This document shows, piece by piece, positions 30,443 to 42,700 of a DNA stretch of 64,000 nucleotides; within the stretch, counting starts at the first letter, position 1; the number at the start of each line of letters is the position of its first letter. The notes under the pieces were generated by a model. That model made no database searches. It was not told the DNA's origin and saw only the letters and a program-made list of their open reading frames with translations. The position numbers and the translations under genes are program-made. Location: assembly GCF_009914755.1 (NCBI RefSeq), contig NC_060926.1. One strand, written 5' to 3'. Origin of the DNA: the human T2T-CHM13v2.0 reference genome, Homo sapiens.

Positions 30443-31519
30443 GTCCATCTGTCTACAAGGAGGAGATAACACAGAATCAGAGCTTGCCTCAACTCGCCAG
30501 CGCTGGACCCACATCCAAGGAGGATGGCCCAGAGTGGTGGGAAGAACATGACTTGGAACCCGAGTTTGGACCCTGGCTGTGTGTGAACGCTCAGGCTTCA
30601 GTTGTCCCTCTGCAGAATGGGGCAAAGGATGCCTGACTGACAGGGCTGCTGTGAACATAGTACAAGATGATGTATGGAATGTTCTAGAAAAGTACCTGAC
30701 CCATCGTGGATCTCTCAGGGCCCTGCCTGTGCACTGACTTGGCTCCTGGGTCCCACCTCAAGATCAAAGGTGTTCCTGGGCCTCCTTCTCCTCTCCAAGG
30801 AGCATGGGCAGGCCTGCCAGAGCAGTCCAGAGTATCGGCACCTTTAGATGAGGAAACTGAGGCTGGGAAAGGCTAAGTGGTGGAGCAGCAGATGCTCTTA
30901 CCTGCGCTGACATGCTGCCTCCTCCAGCATCGCTTTCCTCACGGCACCTCAGCCTCCTCATATGTCAAATTGAGCTAATGGCCCTTATTGGTCTCTACTG
31001 CTGAGGGGTTACTTGAGCAAATGAAAGGTTCTGAAAAACCCATGGAAAAATCAAGAGGCAAGGTAGAGTCCCTATGGGCTGCTCAGTGTACTCCTCCCGC
31101 AGCTCTGGACACAGACGAAGCCTCTGTGTTAGCTCTGAGAGGCTTTTTGCTCCCCACCCCCAGCTCCCCAGGAGAGCCCTGCAGAGACTCTGTGAAGGCT
31201 CCTTGTCCCCGTGGCTCACCAGGCAGGAAGCCCGTGGCTTGGCTGAGGCCCCAGGAAGCGGAGTCTGGGAGGTGAACCGTACCTCAGGCCCAGCCGTGTT
31301 CAGCTTGGAGTAGCTTCTGAAGTCTCAGAGAGGGAGGGTGAGGAGGAACCTCAGAGGTCACTGGGCCACCCCATTTCACAGATGTAGAAGTTAAGGCACC
31401 GAGTGGAGAGCCCATTAGTGGCGGTGTCAGCACTTGGGCTGGGGGATCCTGGCTCCCGGCATACTTTCCACTTGGCCTCCGCTGCTACAGTGGCCTCTTT
31501 AGAAGGCTCCCTCTGATCC

Positions 31520-31668
31520 TTCTAGGAAATTCTCTGCAACCTGATGACATTTGAGCAAAACTGCATGATGTTGAAGGATCAGAGCACTTCTGAGAAGCAG
31601 AACAAAGCATTAAGAACAAGGTGTTCCCAAAAGAGGCATGATGGGGTCAGGAGGGAATTTCCTGAGAA
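31520..31668. promoter_or_regulatory. STAT/NF-kB motif cluster, candidate cytokine-responsive enhancer
   Basis: TTCTAGGAA 31520-31528, TTCTGAGAA 31588-31596, GGGAATTTCC 31653-31662 overlapping TTCCTGAGAA 31659-31668. Confidence 0.5.
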
Positions 31669-31891
31669 TAGGACTTTTCAGGGAAGGGAAAAAAGTGTTT
31701 TGAGCAGGAGCTTGGCTTTTTCAGAGCAGCTGGGAAAATGTGGGGGCAGCGGCTAGAGGCAGGCAAAGGTGGTAGGGAAATCTGACATCACCAACCCACC
31801 CTGCCAATTTAGCATTTAAAATTAAAGTTGCCTTCTCTCTTGGCACTTTTTTTTTCTTAACAGAAGCCATACTGCTGGGGTGTGAGGGGTA

Positions 31892-32050
31892 ACAACGGTT
31901 GTCAACCCTGGCTGCACCTTAGAATCCACTGGGCTGCTCTTCCAAACCCAAGCCAATTACGCGGGAGTCTCTGGGTCAGGACCTGGGCATCAGTGGTTCT
32001 TAAAGCTCCCCGGGTGATTCTAATGAGCAGCCGAGGCCAAGTGCTTCCAG
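31892..32050. mobile_element. MER5 hAT MITE
   Basis: aaccctggctgcaccttagaatc...aaagctccccgggtgattctaatg. Confidence 0.75.
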
Positions 32051-33206
32051 CCCCTGGATCATTTTGCCGTCTGACTTATGAATCTAAAACGGAGCAAATG
32101 TGTAATTCTGTTCGCCACTCACACTTGTCCAGGCCTTCTTCACAGGGAGGCCACAGGAAGAGACGGTGCCCTTCTCTCTCCTCCGCCAGGCTTATCTTAC
32201 TCTCCTCAGGGCCCTGCCTAAGGCCCACCTCCATTCCAAACCAGAATTATTCCCGTCCTCCAAATCCCTACAGAGGTCAGATTGGGCCACCAATGTACCT
32301 AGGGCTCCTTGGCCAGCCTATGAATCTCCCCGGTGGCTGTTAAACAATGTCGGTTGTTATTTCTGTTTTCAGTCTTGCGCAGGTCATCCACCCAACTCGA
32401 TGTGAGCTCTCTAAGGACTAGACCCCCATACCTTCGCCGGCCCTGGGCTGGCCAGGAGGCTTCAACTAAGACTAAGACTTGTTATCAGGGAGCTGAATAT
32501 ATTCGTTGCATCCACTTGAGTCACAAGTACACATTTAATTCTGAAAATGGCTCTGGGAGATTGGGACTATTTTTTTTTTAATGTCCATTTTATGCTGAGG
32601 AAAACGAAGCTCAACCAAGTAAATGGTTTGTATAAGGTCACAGAATGAGGAAGCGGCAATCTGCTGGGTCCATTGAGGTTCCTTTCCTACCACACAGCAT
32701 TCTACTGCTATAGGGGAGTCCGCAGAGCAGGCAGAGCTGGGCTTAGGGGGAGCTCCAGAGGTCTCTCTCTTCAGGGAAGGTCTGGTCTGACCACCTGGGG
32801 AGGCCATCTGTGAAGGCTGCTTGGGCTCCAGTTCCTCAGGCCTTAGGAGAGGGTGTAACGTCATGTTAAAACGGAAGTTTCCGCTGAGATGATAAGTTGC
32901 TAGGTATCAGCTCCCAGAGTCACTGGAGCAAAATGCAAATTTTATAAGGAAATATTTAAAAACTAGGTTTGTACAACTCTTGCAGCCCCACTTACGGCTG
33001 AGGATCAGGTTGTTGGAGATTGAGGGGGAAAGGAATTGCTTATTGAATGCCATGTGCCTCTTCTTGCAGGAAAGACAGTGGAAGGCACCTGCCTCTCACA
33101 GTAAGTCTATGAGGGGAGCTTCATCAGAACTTCTCTGAAAGAGGAGTCAGGATCCCTGTACTATGGGGCCCCAGTGGACTGGTGCCTGACTTCCGCCTGA
33201 GAAATT

Positions 33207-33481
33207 TAGCTGGGACTACAGGCGCGCGCCACCATGGCCTGGCTGATTTTTGTGTTTTTAGTGGAGATGGGGTTTTGTATTTTTACTGGAGACCAGGGAA
33301 GAGAAACTACTGAGTTTGAGAAACTTATGCTTTGAGATCCTCTTCTTTCTTCAACCAGAGGGAATTTTTACAGAGAAATCCATATTGGTCAGGCTGGTCT
33401 CGAACTCCTGACCTCAGCTGATCCACCTGCCTCGGCCTCCCAAAGTGCTGGGATTACAGATGTGAGCCGCTGCACCTGGCC
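33207..33481 (-). mobile_element. 3'-truncated tailless AluS containing an 88-bp templated insertion
   Basis: Alu 5' end at 33481, ends at ...cctgtagtcccagcta; flanking direct repeat tcc(g/a)cctgagaaat(t/c)ta. Confidence 0.9.
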
Positions 33482-33655
33482 TCCACCTGAGAAATCTAAA
33501 GGGCTGGTGATGGCGTGGCCGACCAGCTGCTCAGGGGATGAGCAGAAGGGGAGGCAGCTATGCTGAGTTTAGCTGAAAGCTCTTGAGTCTTCTGAGAGAG
33601 AGGATGCATGGAGGTGTCCCATGGGACCGATGAGAGCCCCAGGGTAGAGAGGGTC

Positions 33656-33990
33656 TGTTGTGGGTTGAATTGTGTCCCTGAAAAGATGTTCAAGTCCTAA
33701 TTCCCAGTACCTGTGAATGGGACCTTATCTGGAAACAGGGTCTTTACAGAGATAATCAAGTTCAGATGAAGTTATATTAGATTAGGGTGGCCCAGTATCC
33801 AATGACTAGTGTCCTTATATGAAGAGGGAGACTTGAAGACATAGAGACAAAGGGACACAAAGAGATAGGAGAGAAGGCCATGTGATGACAGAGGCAGAGA
33901 CCGAGTGATATGAGGACAGGCCAGGGAAGGCCAAGGATTGCCAGCAGCCAACAGAAGCTAGGAAGAGGAAGGAAGGATCCCTGCCTAGCA
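33656..33990 (+). mobile_element. MLT1C-like MaLR LTR, 3' truncated
   Basis: tgttgtgggttgaattgtgtccc...ggccatgtgatgacagaggcagag. Confidence 0.85.
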
Positions 33991-34289
33991 CAAACCCGCT
34001 GACAGCCTCCGTCTGCCCTTTTCCTCCAAAGTCCTGCCCAGGCTCCTCTTGGATTGAAGAGTCCTGAGCCCAGCCTTGAACTGATAACTGCAGCCAGGGA
34101 GTGAAATGTGCTGATTTGCTGCCCCAGGAGCCGATGGGGTCAGCCCTGTCTAAAGAACAGGAGCTCAGCACAGGGGAAAGGGCAACTCCCCAAAGGAAAA
34201 CTGAGGTGCTATTACCAGAAGCAGAAGAGCTGCCACTTAAACAAGCAAAATAACCCATGTCCCCACACCCTTCAGTACCAGGCCCATCA

Positions 34290-35330
34290 ATCACCTTCTA
34301 AGCTTACATATATAATGCAGATAGGACATGAGAGAGATGGCAAAGGTTTAGATAAAATGCTGTGATAATTTAGAAACATGGGGGTTTTCCCATATGAAGA
34401 GTCAGGGACTGCCTCATGGAGGAAGTAGCTTATGAACTGGACTTTCAAGGAGGAGTGGAATTTTGTGTGTGTATCCGTGAGAGGAGGGCACTCCAAGCTG
34501 GGAAAACTATATGACCAAAGGTGTGGAGGAGCAAACTATAAATGGGGAAAAGTCAGTGGTTCCATGTAGCCAGAACACAGGCCCGGCAAGAGAAGCAGTG
34601 GTCTATGTGGTAGAAGAATGAGGTGGGGATCAGATCTTAGAGGGCCTCAGGTGCCAGGATAAAGATCTTGGATGGCAATGTATAGAAAGCAGAAAACCAC
34701 TGAAGGTCAGATTCATGTAACTTAAAAAGAAAAAATTAAATGGAGCACAACCAGGTAAGAGGTTCCTGGAATGGTGTATGCAAAAAAACAAAGATAATCT
34801 GAATGCCCTGTTGGCACCTCCAACCCAGCTTGTCCACGATGGAAGCCGGCCTCATTTTTCCCCATCCCTACCTGTCTGCCTGTTTCCCCTGTCCTAGTGA
34901 GCAGCATGGGCATCCCCAAGAGTCACCCAGGACTCTTCCCTCTCCCGTATCCCCCACTGCAAGCTCATCTCCAAATCCTGCTGATTATTCCTTCCAGATA
35001 TTTCTTGAATGTACTTGTCTTGTTCCTCCACAGCACTTACTCTTCAGCCACCATCATCTGTCACTTGGATGGCTCCAACAGCCTCCTACCTGGCCTCTCG
35101 CCTCCAGCCTGGCCCCCCTTCAGTCCTCCACACAGTAGGCAGGGTCCTCTGTTTAAGTTATAGCCAGCTGGGGACTCCCTGCCACCCCCCTTCAGAATCT
35201 GGTATTTAGCCCCACATCTTCCTGCTCCTGGATTTGGAACACACCAGCCATCCTGAGCTGCTTTCAATTCACGAAAGTAGTGTGACCCATCTCCCCTTTG
35301 GCCCTTTGCATGTGCTGTCGCCTCTGCTGC
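34290..35330. mobile_element. L2 fragments, both orientations
   Basis: ccaccatcatctgtcacttggatggctccaacagcctcctacctgg; cagggactgcctcatggaggaagt. Confidence 0.65.
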
Positions 35331-35562
35331 CCTCTCTTTTCCTCACTCCCTGGTTTTGGGGCTGGAGGGCTGTTCCTGGTAGAAAGGTTTTTTAGGAGGC
35401 TGGAGAACAAGAGAAAGAAGTTGGGAGAAAGCAGGGAACTCCCTGTGGTGGACACTCATCTCTCATCTGCCCTGCACTTTCCTTCTCCTGGGAGCAGTCA
35501 CCACCCTCTTGTGGAGCTGCTCCTACACACAGAGGTGTGGTCCAATGGGCGCCTCCATCTTT

Positions 35563-35620
35563 TTTTTTAAATGGAGACAGGTTCTCACTATGTTGCCCAG
35601 GCTGGTCTTGAACTCCTGGG
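35563..35620 (-). mobile_element. 5'-truncated FLAM/Alu monomer
   Basis: TSD ctccatcttt at 35553-35562 and 35625-35634. Confidence 0.85.
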
Positions 35621-35942
35621 GAGACTCCATCTTTCGTGATCCTTCCTTCCTGTCCCAGTGATGGGTTGTGAGGCTGGCAATCTGACCTGACCCAGACTAG
35701 TCACATTCTTCCCAAAAATTGTTCTAAATTGAGCTAAGGAGAGAAGGCCTCTTTCCTTTTCGGGTGTAAGGCTGAAAGGACAGACTGTAGACCTCCATGC
35801 TGCTAGACATCCTGCCTTGTGGAAAAAGGTGGTATACAGAAAGGTGGTATACTGAAAATGACAGGCCAAAAGACAGGATCCTGACAAGGCTCAAGTCACT
35901 TCTAAGTTCCAGGGTGACTTGTTACTTCACCATCCCCTAGAG

Positions 35943-36550
<608 letters not shown>

Positions 36551-36660
36551 ATCATAGAGGTTGTCATAGAGCTCCACCCTTGCTGGCACCAGCTCTGCAT
36601 TTCAGCCTGCAGGAAGAGGAAGTTTAGGGCAAGCAAGTTCCTTTAAAGAAGCAACACAGA

Positions 36661-36691
36661 CCAGAGCGAGACTCTGTCTAAATAAATAAAT
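36661..36691 (+). mobile_element. Micro-Alu (last ~19 nt plus (TAAA)n tail)
   Basis: TSD aagcaacac(a/g)ga at 36649-36660 and 36692-36703. Confidence 0.8.
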
Positions 36692-36939
36692 AAGCAACAC
36701 GGATGTTGTACATATCACTTTCATTCTATTCCATTGGTAAAAATGTAGTCACACTTAGCTGAAGGAAGGCTAGAAAATGTAGTCTCTTGTTGGGTGGACT
36801 TGAGCTATTACTAAAAAGACAAAGGAGAGATGGCTCATGGCAGACTATAGCTTCTGCCACTCACCCCTGCTAGCTGCCTCTAGGGCCTGGCTTTGTACTT
36901 AGGGGTGCTGGGGTCTTGGCTAGGTGAGAACTATAGAAC

Positions 36940-37460
36940 ACATCTACCACCCTACAGCAAACCATCCCAAAATTTAGTGGATTGAAGCAACAATTTTACT
37001 GGCTTGCAGTTTTGTAGGTCTGCAATTTGGCTGGGCTCAGTTGGTGGGTCTCCTGCTGGTCTTGCCTGGGGTCACTCATGCAGCTGTAATTATCTGGTGG
37101 TTTGACTAGGGCTGCCTGGTCAAAGATGTCCTCACATGTCTGGCAGTTGACTAGCTTAAGGCCTCAGTTCTCCATGTGGTCTCTCCAACAGGCTAGCTCA
37201 GGCTCATTCACATCATGGTCTCTACATTCTAACCACAGCCAAGGAGAGGGTGAACCCCATGCACAAGTACTTTCAAACCTCTATTTGCATCACCTTTGCT
37301 AACGTTCCCTCGGCCAAAATAAGTCACCTTGCCAAGTTCGTATTCAAGGGCAGGACAAATAACTTCACTGTTAGATGGGAAGAGCAGCAAAGTCACATTG
37401 TGAAGGGGCACATTATGCAGGAGGAATTATTGAGGCTATCTTCATAAAGTGTCTTCCACG
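36940..37460 (-). mobile_element. Old MaLR LTR (MLT1F/G/H-like)
   Basis: aaaccatcccaaaatttagtggattgaagcaaca...ggctgggctcag...agcaaagtcacattg. Confidence 0.7.
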
Positions 37461-38007
37461 GTAACCTCAGGCTGAGGCACCTTTATATAGGATGAGGCAT
37501 GTCTGTCTGCCCTTGTTCTGGTCAGAATCTAGTGGCCCCAACAAAAAGACTTTGCAAGTGTCTCAGGGAACTTTTGAAGGTACACGTGGCCCTCCCATGT
37601 ACCTGAAGGGCTGCCAGCAACCAAATCCATCCCTGGGAGCAGCCTGTCTCTCTGGTGGTCTTCAAGATCTCCCTTGCGGCGTCTCTTTCCTCGCTGTGTG
37701 TCTCCTCACTCTCCTCTCTGCTCATTGGTTTCTTCTATTTACATCCAGCACCTGCTCCCTCGCAATTTCTGCTTCTACTGGACACACACGGAAAGCACCT
37801 TTCACCTTCTGGCCCTGGTGCAAACTGGCTCAGGCTCTCCATGTTTCCCAGCTCCTGTTTCAGAAAGGATGACCCTGATCAACCCAGCTCCTACGCTCAG
37901 TCTACACCACATCACAGGAGGCTGGCCAGGCTATGGATGAGCCACCCTGAGCTTAGAGGCTCACAGCCCGTCCAGTCACCTGGGGAGGTGTGTGTGTGGA
38001 AGGGAAC

Positions 38008-39712
38008 TGCAGTAGGTTGAATAATGACCCTCCCAGAAGATATGTCAACATACAAATCCTCAAAACCTGTGAATGTGGCCTTTTTGGGGAAAAAGGTCTT
38101 TGCAGATATAAATAAGAATCTTGAAACGGCATCATCCTGGATTATTAGGGTGGACCCTAATTCTAATAGCAAGTGTCCTTATGAGAGTCATGCAGAGGAG
38201 AAGACAGACACAGAAGAAGCCCATGTCATCAGAGGCAGAGGTTGGAATGATGCAGCAGCAAGCCGAAGAATGCCTGGAGCCACGGGAGGCTGGAAGAGGC
38301 AAGGAAGGATTCTTCCCCACAGCCTTCAGAGGAGCACTGCCCAGCCAACGCTGCCATTTCAGACTTCTGGCTTCCAGAACTGTGACAGGAAACATTTATG
38401 TTTGTTTTGTTTTGCTTTAACATTTTTTGTGGTGAAAAATACGTACATAATATTAGCCATTTGTAAGTGCAAAATTCAGTAACATTAATTACATTAACAA
38501 GGCTATGTACCCATCACCACTATCTTTTTCTTTATTCTTTTTATTTTTATTACATTATTATTATTATTTTGAGACAGAGTCTTGCTCTGTCACTCAGGCT
38601 GGAGTGCAGTGGCACAGTCTCAGCTCACTGCAACCTCTGCCTCCCGGGTTCAAGATTGTCATGTCTCAGCTTCCCGAGTGGCTGGGATTACAGGCACGTG
38701 CCACCATGCCTGGCTAATTTTTGTATTTTTAGTAGAGACAGGGTTTTGCTATGTTGGCCAAGATGGTCTCGAACTCCTGGCTTCAAGTGATTTACCCGCC
38801 TCAGCCTCCTCCCAAATTGCTGGGATTACAGATGTGAACCACCGCGCCTGGCCACCATTATTTTTTTTTTATCATCCCCAACATAAATTCTAGCCATTAA
38901 ACAATACTCTCCCTTCTGTCTTCTCCCTGTCTCCTGGTAAACTTTATTCTGTTCTGTGTCTCTATGAATTTGACTACTCTAGCTACCTCATGTAAGTGGA
39001 ATCATACAATATTTGTTCTTCTGTGTCTGGTTTATTTCACTAAGCATAATGTTTTCAAGATCAATCCATGTTGTGGCATATATCAAAATTCCATTCTTTT
39101 TAATTGGTCAATAGAATTCCACTGTATATATATACCACATTTGGGTTATCCATTCATCTGGTGATGAGCACTTGTATTGTTTCTACCTTTTGGCTACTGT
39201 GAATAATGCTGCTATAAACATTGGTTTACAGATATCTGTTTGAGTCCCAACTCTCAGTTCTTTTGCTTATATACCTAGGAGTGGAATTGCTGGACCTTAT
39301 GGTAATTGTATGTTTAACATTTTGAAGAACCGCCAAACTGTTTTCCAAGCAGCAGCACCATTTTGCATTCCCACCAGCAATGTGCAAGGGATCCAGTTTC
39401 TGCACATTCTTGCTGACACCTGTTATTTCTCAGTTTTTTGCTTTGCATTGTTTTTGTTTTTATGGCCATCCTAGGAGGTAGAAGGTGGTATCTCATTGTG
39501 CCTCTGATTTTCATTTCCCTGATGACTGATGATATTGAGCCTATTTTCATGTGCTTATTGGCCATTTATATATCTTCCTTGGAGAAATGTCTATTCAAGT
39601 TCCTTTGCCCATTTTTGAATTAGGTTGTTTGTTTTCTTGGTTGTTAACTTCTGTTGCTTTAAGCCAACAAGTTTGTGGTAATCTGTGACACCAGCCCTAG
39701 AAAACAAATGCG
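38008..39712 (+). mobile_element. MLT1B/C LTR split by an antisense L1MB (~38420-39650), itself split by an Alu
   Basis: LTR 5' part 38008-38410; 3' part ctgttgctttaagcc...gccctagaaaacaaat 39650-39712; L1 motifs tatacctaggagtggaattgctgg, ggagaaatgtctattcaagt. Confidence 0.85.
38525..38853 (-). mobile_element. AluSx-like SINE
   Basis: Antisense dimer; TSD-like cacca(c/t)tat. Confidence 0.93.
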
Positions 39713-42700
39713 TTGCCCAAAATCCAGCCTCCTGGGCAGCAGGACCCCACGGTCAGGCAATTTCTTCCAGAAGGCTGATTAGTCATACAGGTGGCATCAG
39801 CACCGACTTTATTCACCTGCCAGTGGATGAATTCTTCAGCTCTTCCCTTCCAAGGCCCGAGACCTGCAAGCCAAGAGGGCTTGAACACCAGTCTCCTCTT
39901 CAGTGTGCGCATGCACAACTCTTTCGAGAGGTTTGGAAGTAAAAAGAAGGAGTGGGATGGAGCAGCAGTTGAAGAGAGGGTTATAAGATCCCCTCTGTCT
40001 TATAAGGAGGTGTTGCTTTGTTTGATTGTTTGTCTTGAAAGGATGCGAAGACCTGAGTACTTGTAGAGGCTGAGAGAAGAAGCCAGGGGAGAGGGAGAGG
40101 GGACATGAAACATCACATCTGGATGCCAAGCACGTCTTCTTTCTGTCTCACTAATCGGAGTCATAGGAGCTTAGCCCTGAAAGGGACCTTAGAGTTTAGC
40201 TCCTTCATTTTGCAGATAGAGAGAGAGCAGGCACAGAAGAGGACCTGCCCGGGGTACTTCCGCAGCCAGCTGCTTGCTCCTGACATCCCCTATGTCTAGG
40301 ACTTCATAGTGTGCCCTCTGGAAAGACAACTATTTTTTAACTGCCTTTTTCCATGTCTCCACAAGTTGTAAAATAGCTCTTCTATTTCTTCTCTGTTCCT
40401 ATGCCCTTACCCGTCTTCCCAGGACACAATGGCATATGAACCCTTTGTTCCTGCCAAATGCAGCCGAGGAAGTGGGAAGGGCCTTTGGGTTGAGCGGACC
40501 AGGAGACTATACCCTGCCGATGGGGATGCTGCCAGGCTCGGCAGGCCTCCACTTCCCCTCTGCCTGTTCCTCTGTCTCCCGGGGTAGGGAAATCCTGGGA
40601 TCTTTACTCCCCAGCATTCCTTTCCATCATGGTTCTAAGTTAGATTTTGGCAGTAAGATGCACTTGCACAAGCATCAGAAGCTGAAGGCGAGAGAAAGCC
40701 CTTCTCTGAATTGGCCTGGGCAGATGCGTGGTAGACGGTGGCTTTCAAACAAGCTCCTGCACGCTGTCTGCTTTCTGCTCTGGTGCTGCAGGCAATTGAA
40801 ATGATCTCCATGCCTTCTCTGCAATCCTGGCACTTCCTGATTCTGTGGGGTCTGACAGTGACTTCCCTGATCTTCCCTAATGCAGCCCTTCCGTCCATTA
40901 TGAATGCCTCTAAATCCCTTGTATTAAAACCCCGTGTATTTGGAATATCTAGAGCAGCTTCCAGTATTATAACCAAACCCTGACCGACACGCTGGCATAG
41001 ATAAAGAAGCTACGTAAAATGATGTGTGGGGAAACATCCTGTTCAATCTTCCCGGCAGTGCTGAGGTTAGGCTGTCATTTTCCCAGTTTCATAGATTAGA
41101 AGCCTGAGGCTAAAGAGGTCAAGGTTGCCTGACTCCCAAGTCATTCTCTTTCTACTAGATCATTCTACTCTGCTTCTCTTGATAGATAGGGAGAAGCAGG
41201 CATAAGAGGGAAAGAGAAAAGCAGCAGGGGAGGACATGACAGAGATGGACAAAGGAAGAGGCAAGGAGAGACTCATTTGAAGTAGAAAGGGAGAGAGAGA
41301 AACCCCAAGGGTTCTGGAAAGTTGGAGAAACTTCTCATCACCTCTACTCAGACGGTGCTTTACAAGGTTACCCTTGCTCTTGGGCAATAGCAATTAGCCA
41401 AGTAACCACCGTTCACAGCCCTTTGCCTGTTCTTTATTCTCAGGCTTTTGAGACTGCAGTGTGAACAGAAGACACAACAACCCACGGAGTGAAGAATTCT
41501 CTGGGCTGCCCCAGCAATGCAGAGCAGTGTTCCCCTGGAGGGTGGATGAACTCAGGCAGAGGGGCAGCCCCAGCCCTGGGCTCAGGGGGAATGGGAATCA
41601 GGTTTGCCCTTGCACCCCAGGGTAGCTGGTGAAGGCTGTCTTGGATAATCTTCGGCCTCTCCCTTCCAGACTCTTCTTTAAGCATCCCCATCCCACCTTG
41701 GTATCCTAGTCCCTCTGCTACTCCCGTGCTTGCCTTCCTGGGACAGTGATAGTTGCAGTTCCTGCTGACTTGGAGTGCCCCTCCGCTCTGTGTCCTGTGA
41801 GAAAGCGGGTAGGTTGATGAGGGAGGGCAGGGGTGGGAAGCTGGAACCCTCCTACGTGACACCCTGTTCACGGTCCCTCTATGTGGACAGGAAAGGCCAG
41901 GCCAGAGTTGGGGGGATTAAAGGCAGTACATGAGATCTGGTCCATATCCCACAATAGCCTGGACAGGGGCCTCAGATTTCCTATAAGCCAATCCCTTTAT
42001 TTTATTAACAAGGAAATCACGGCTCACAGAGGTGAGGGCAGGAGTCCAAGGCCATACCGTCTGCACACTGGCTCAGGTCCTGGCGCCCAGCCCAGCGCCC
42101 TTCCCTCACCTTCTCACTGCCTGGCAGCCCTGCACCTCCCCCAGCCCTGGCGCCCAGTGAGCCAGCACCTCGCATATGATTACAATTACCGTGAGTTTGG
42201 CCTGAGCCCAGCCGTACTGCGAGCACAACCAGGCCTGGTCACTGGCCAAGTTTCCATCTCAGTAGAAAAATGAAAAAGTTCAAGGGATGAATGTTAATCC
42301 CAAACACACGAGTAGGAAGGAGTGGGGTGAGGGGGAGAGGCCCAGCCAGGATCTCTTAGGGCAACATCAGTCCAGCAAGAGCTCCAGAGACCCACCCCAG
42401 GGGCAGAAGGCCTCTGGCTGGCCAAATTTAGGCTGCTTTGTGGTTGTAAATGCTGCCGCCTCCAGGGCCCGAGATGGAATTCAGCTGGTGAGACTTGGCT
42501 GGTGGTCCCAGCCCTCCTCGGTTGGCTCCTGCCTTGTGTATTGTTCATGACCTTCTTGTTTCTGTCATTTACTTGAGCATCTCCATCTCCTGCCATGGGT
42601 AAGGAAACAGGCACAGAGACCAAGGGACTCGCCTGAGGTCAGATAGCCACTGAGGAGTGGAATGGGCTGAAACATAGGCCTCTGGGCAGCCAGGCTGTCA

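Noticed and set aside
37479-37492. CArG-like boxes (cctttatatagg; also ccatatgagg at ~56311)
   Set aside because: Wrong spacing or a G in the A/T core; not canonical CC(A/T)6GG.
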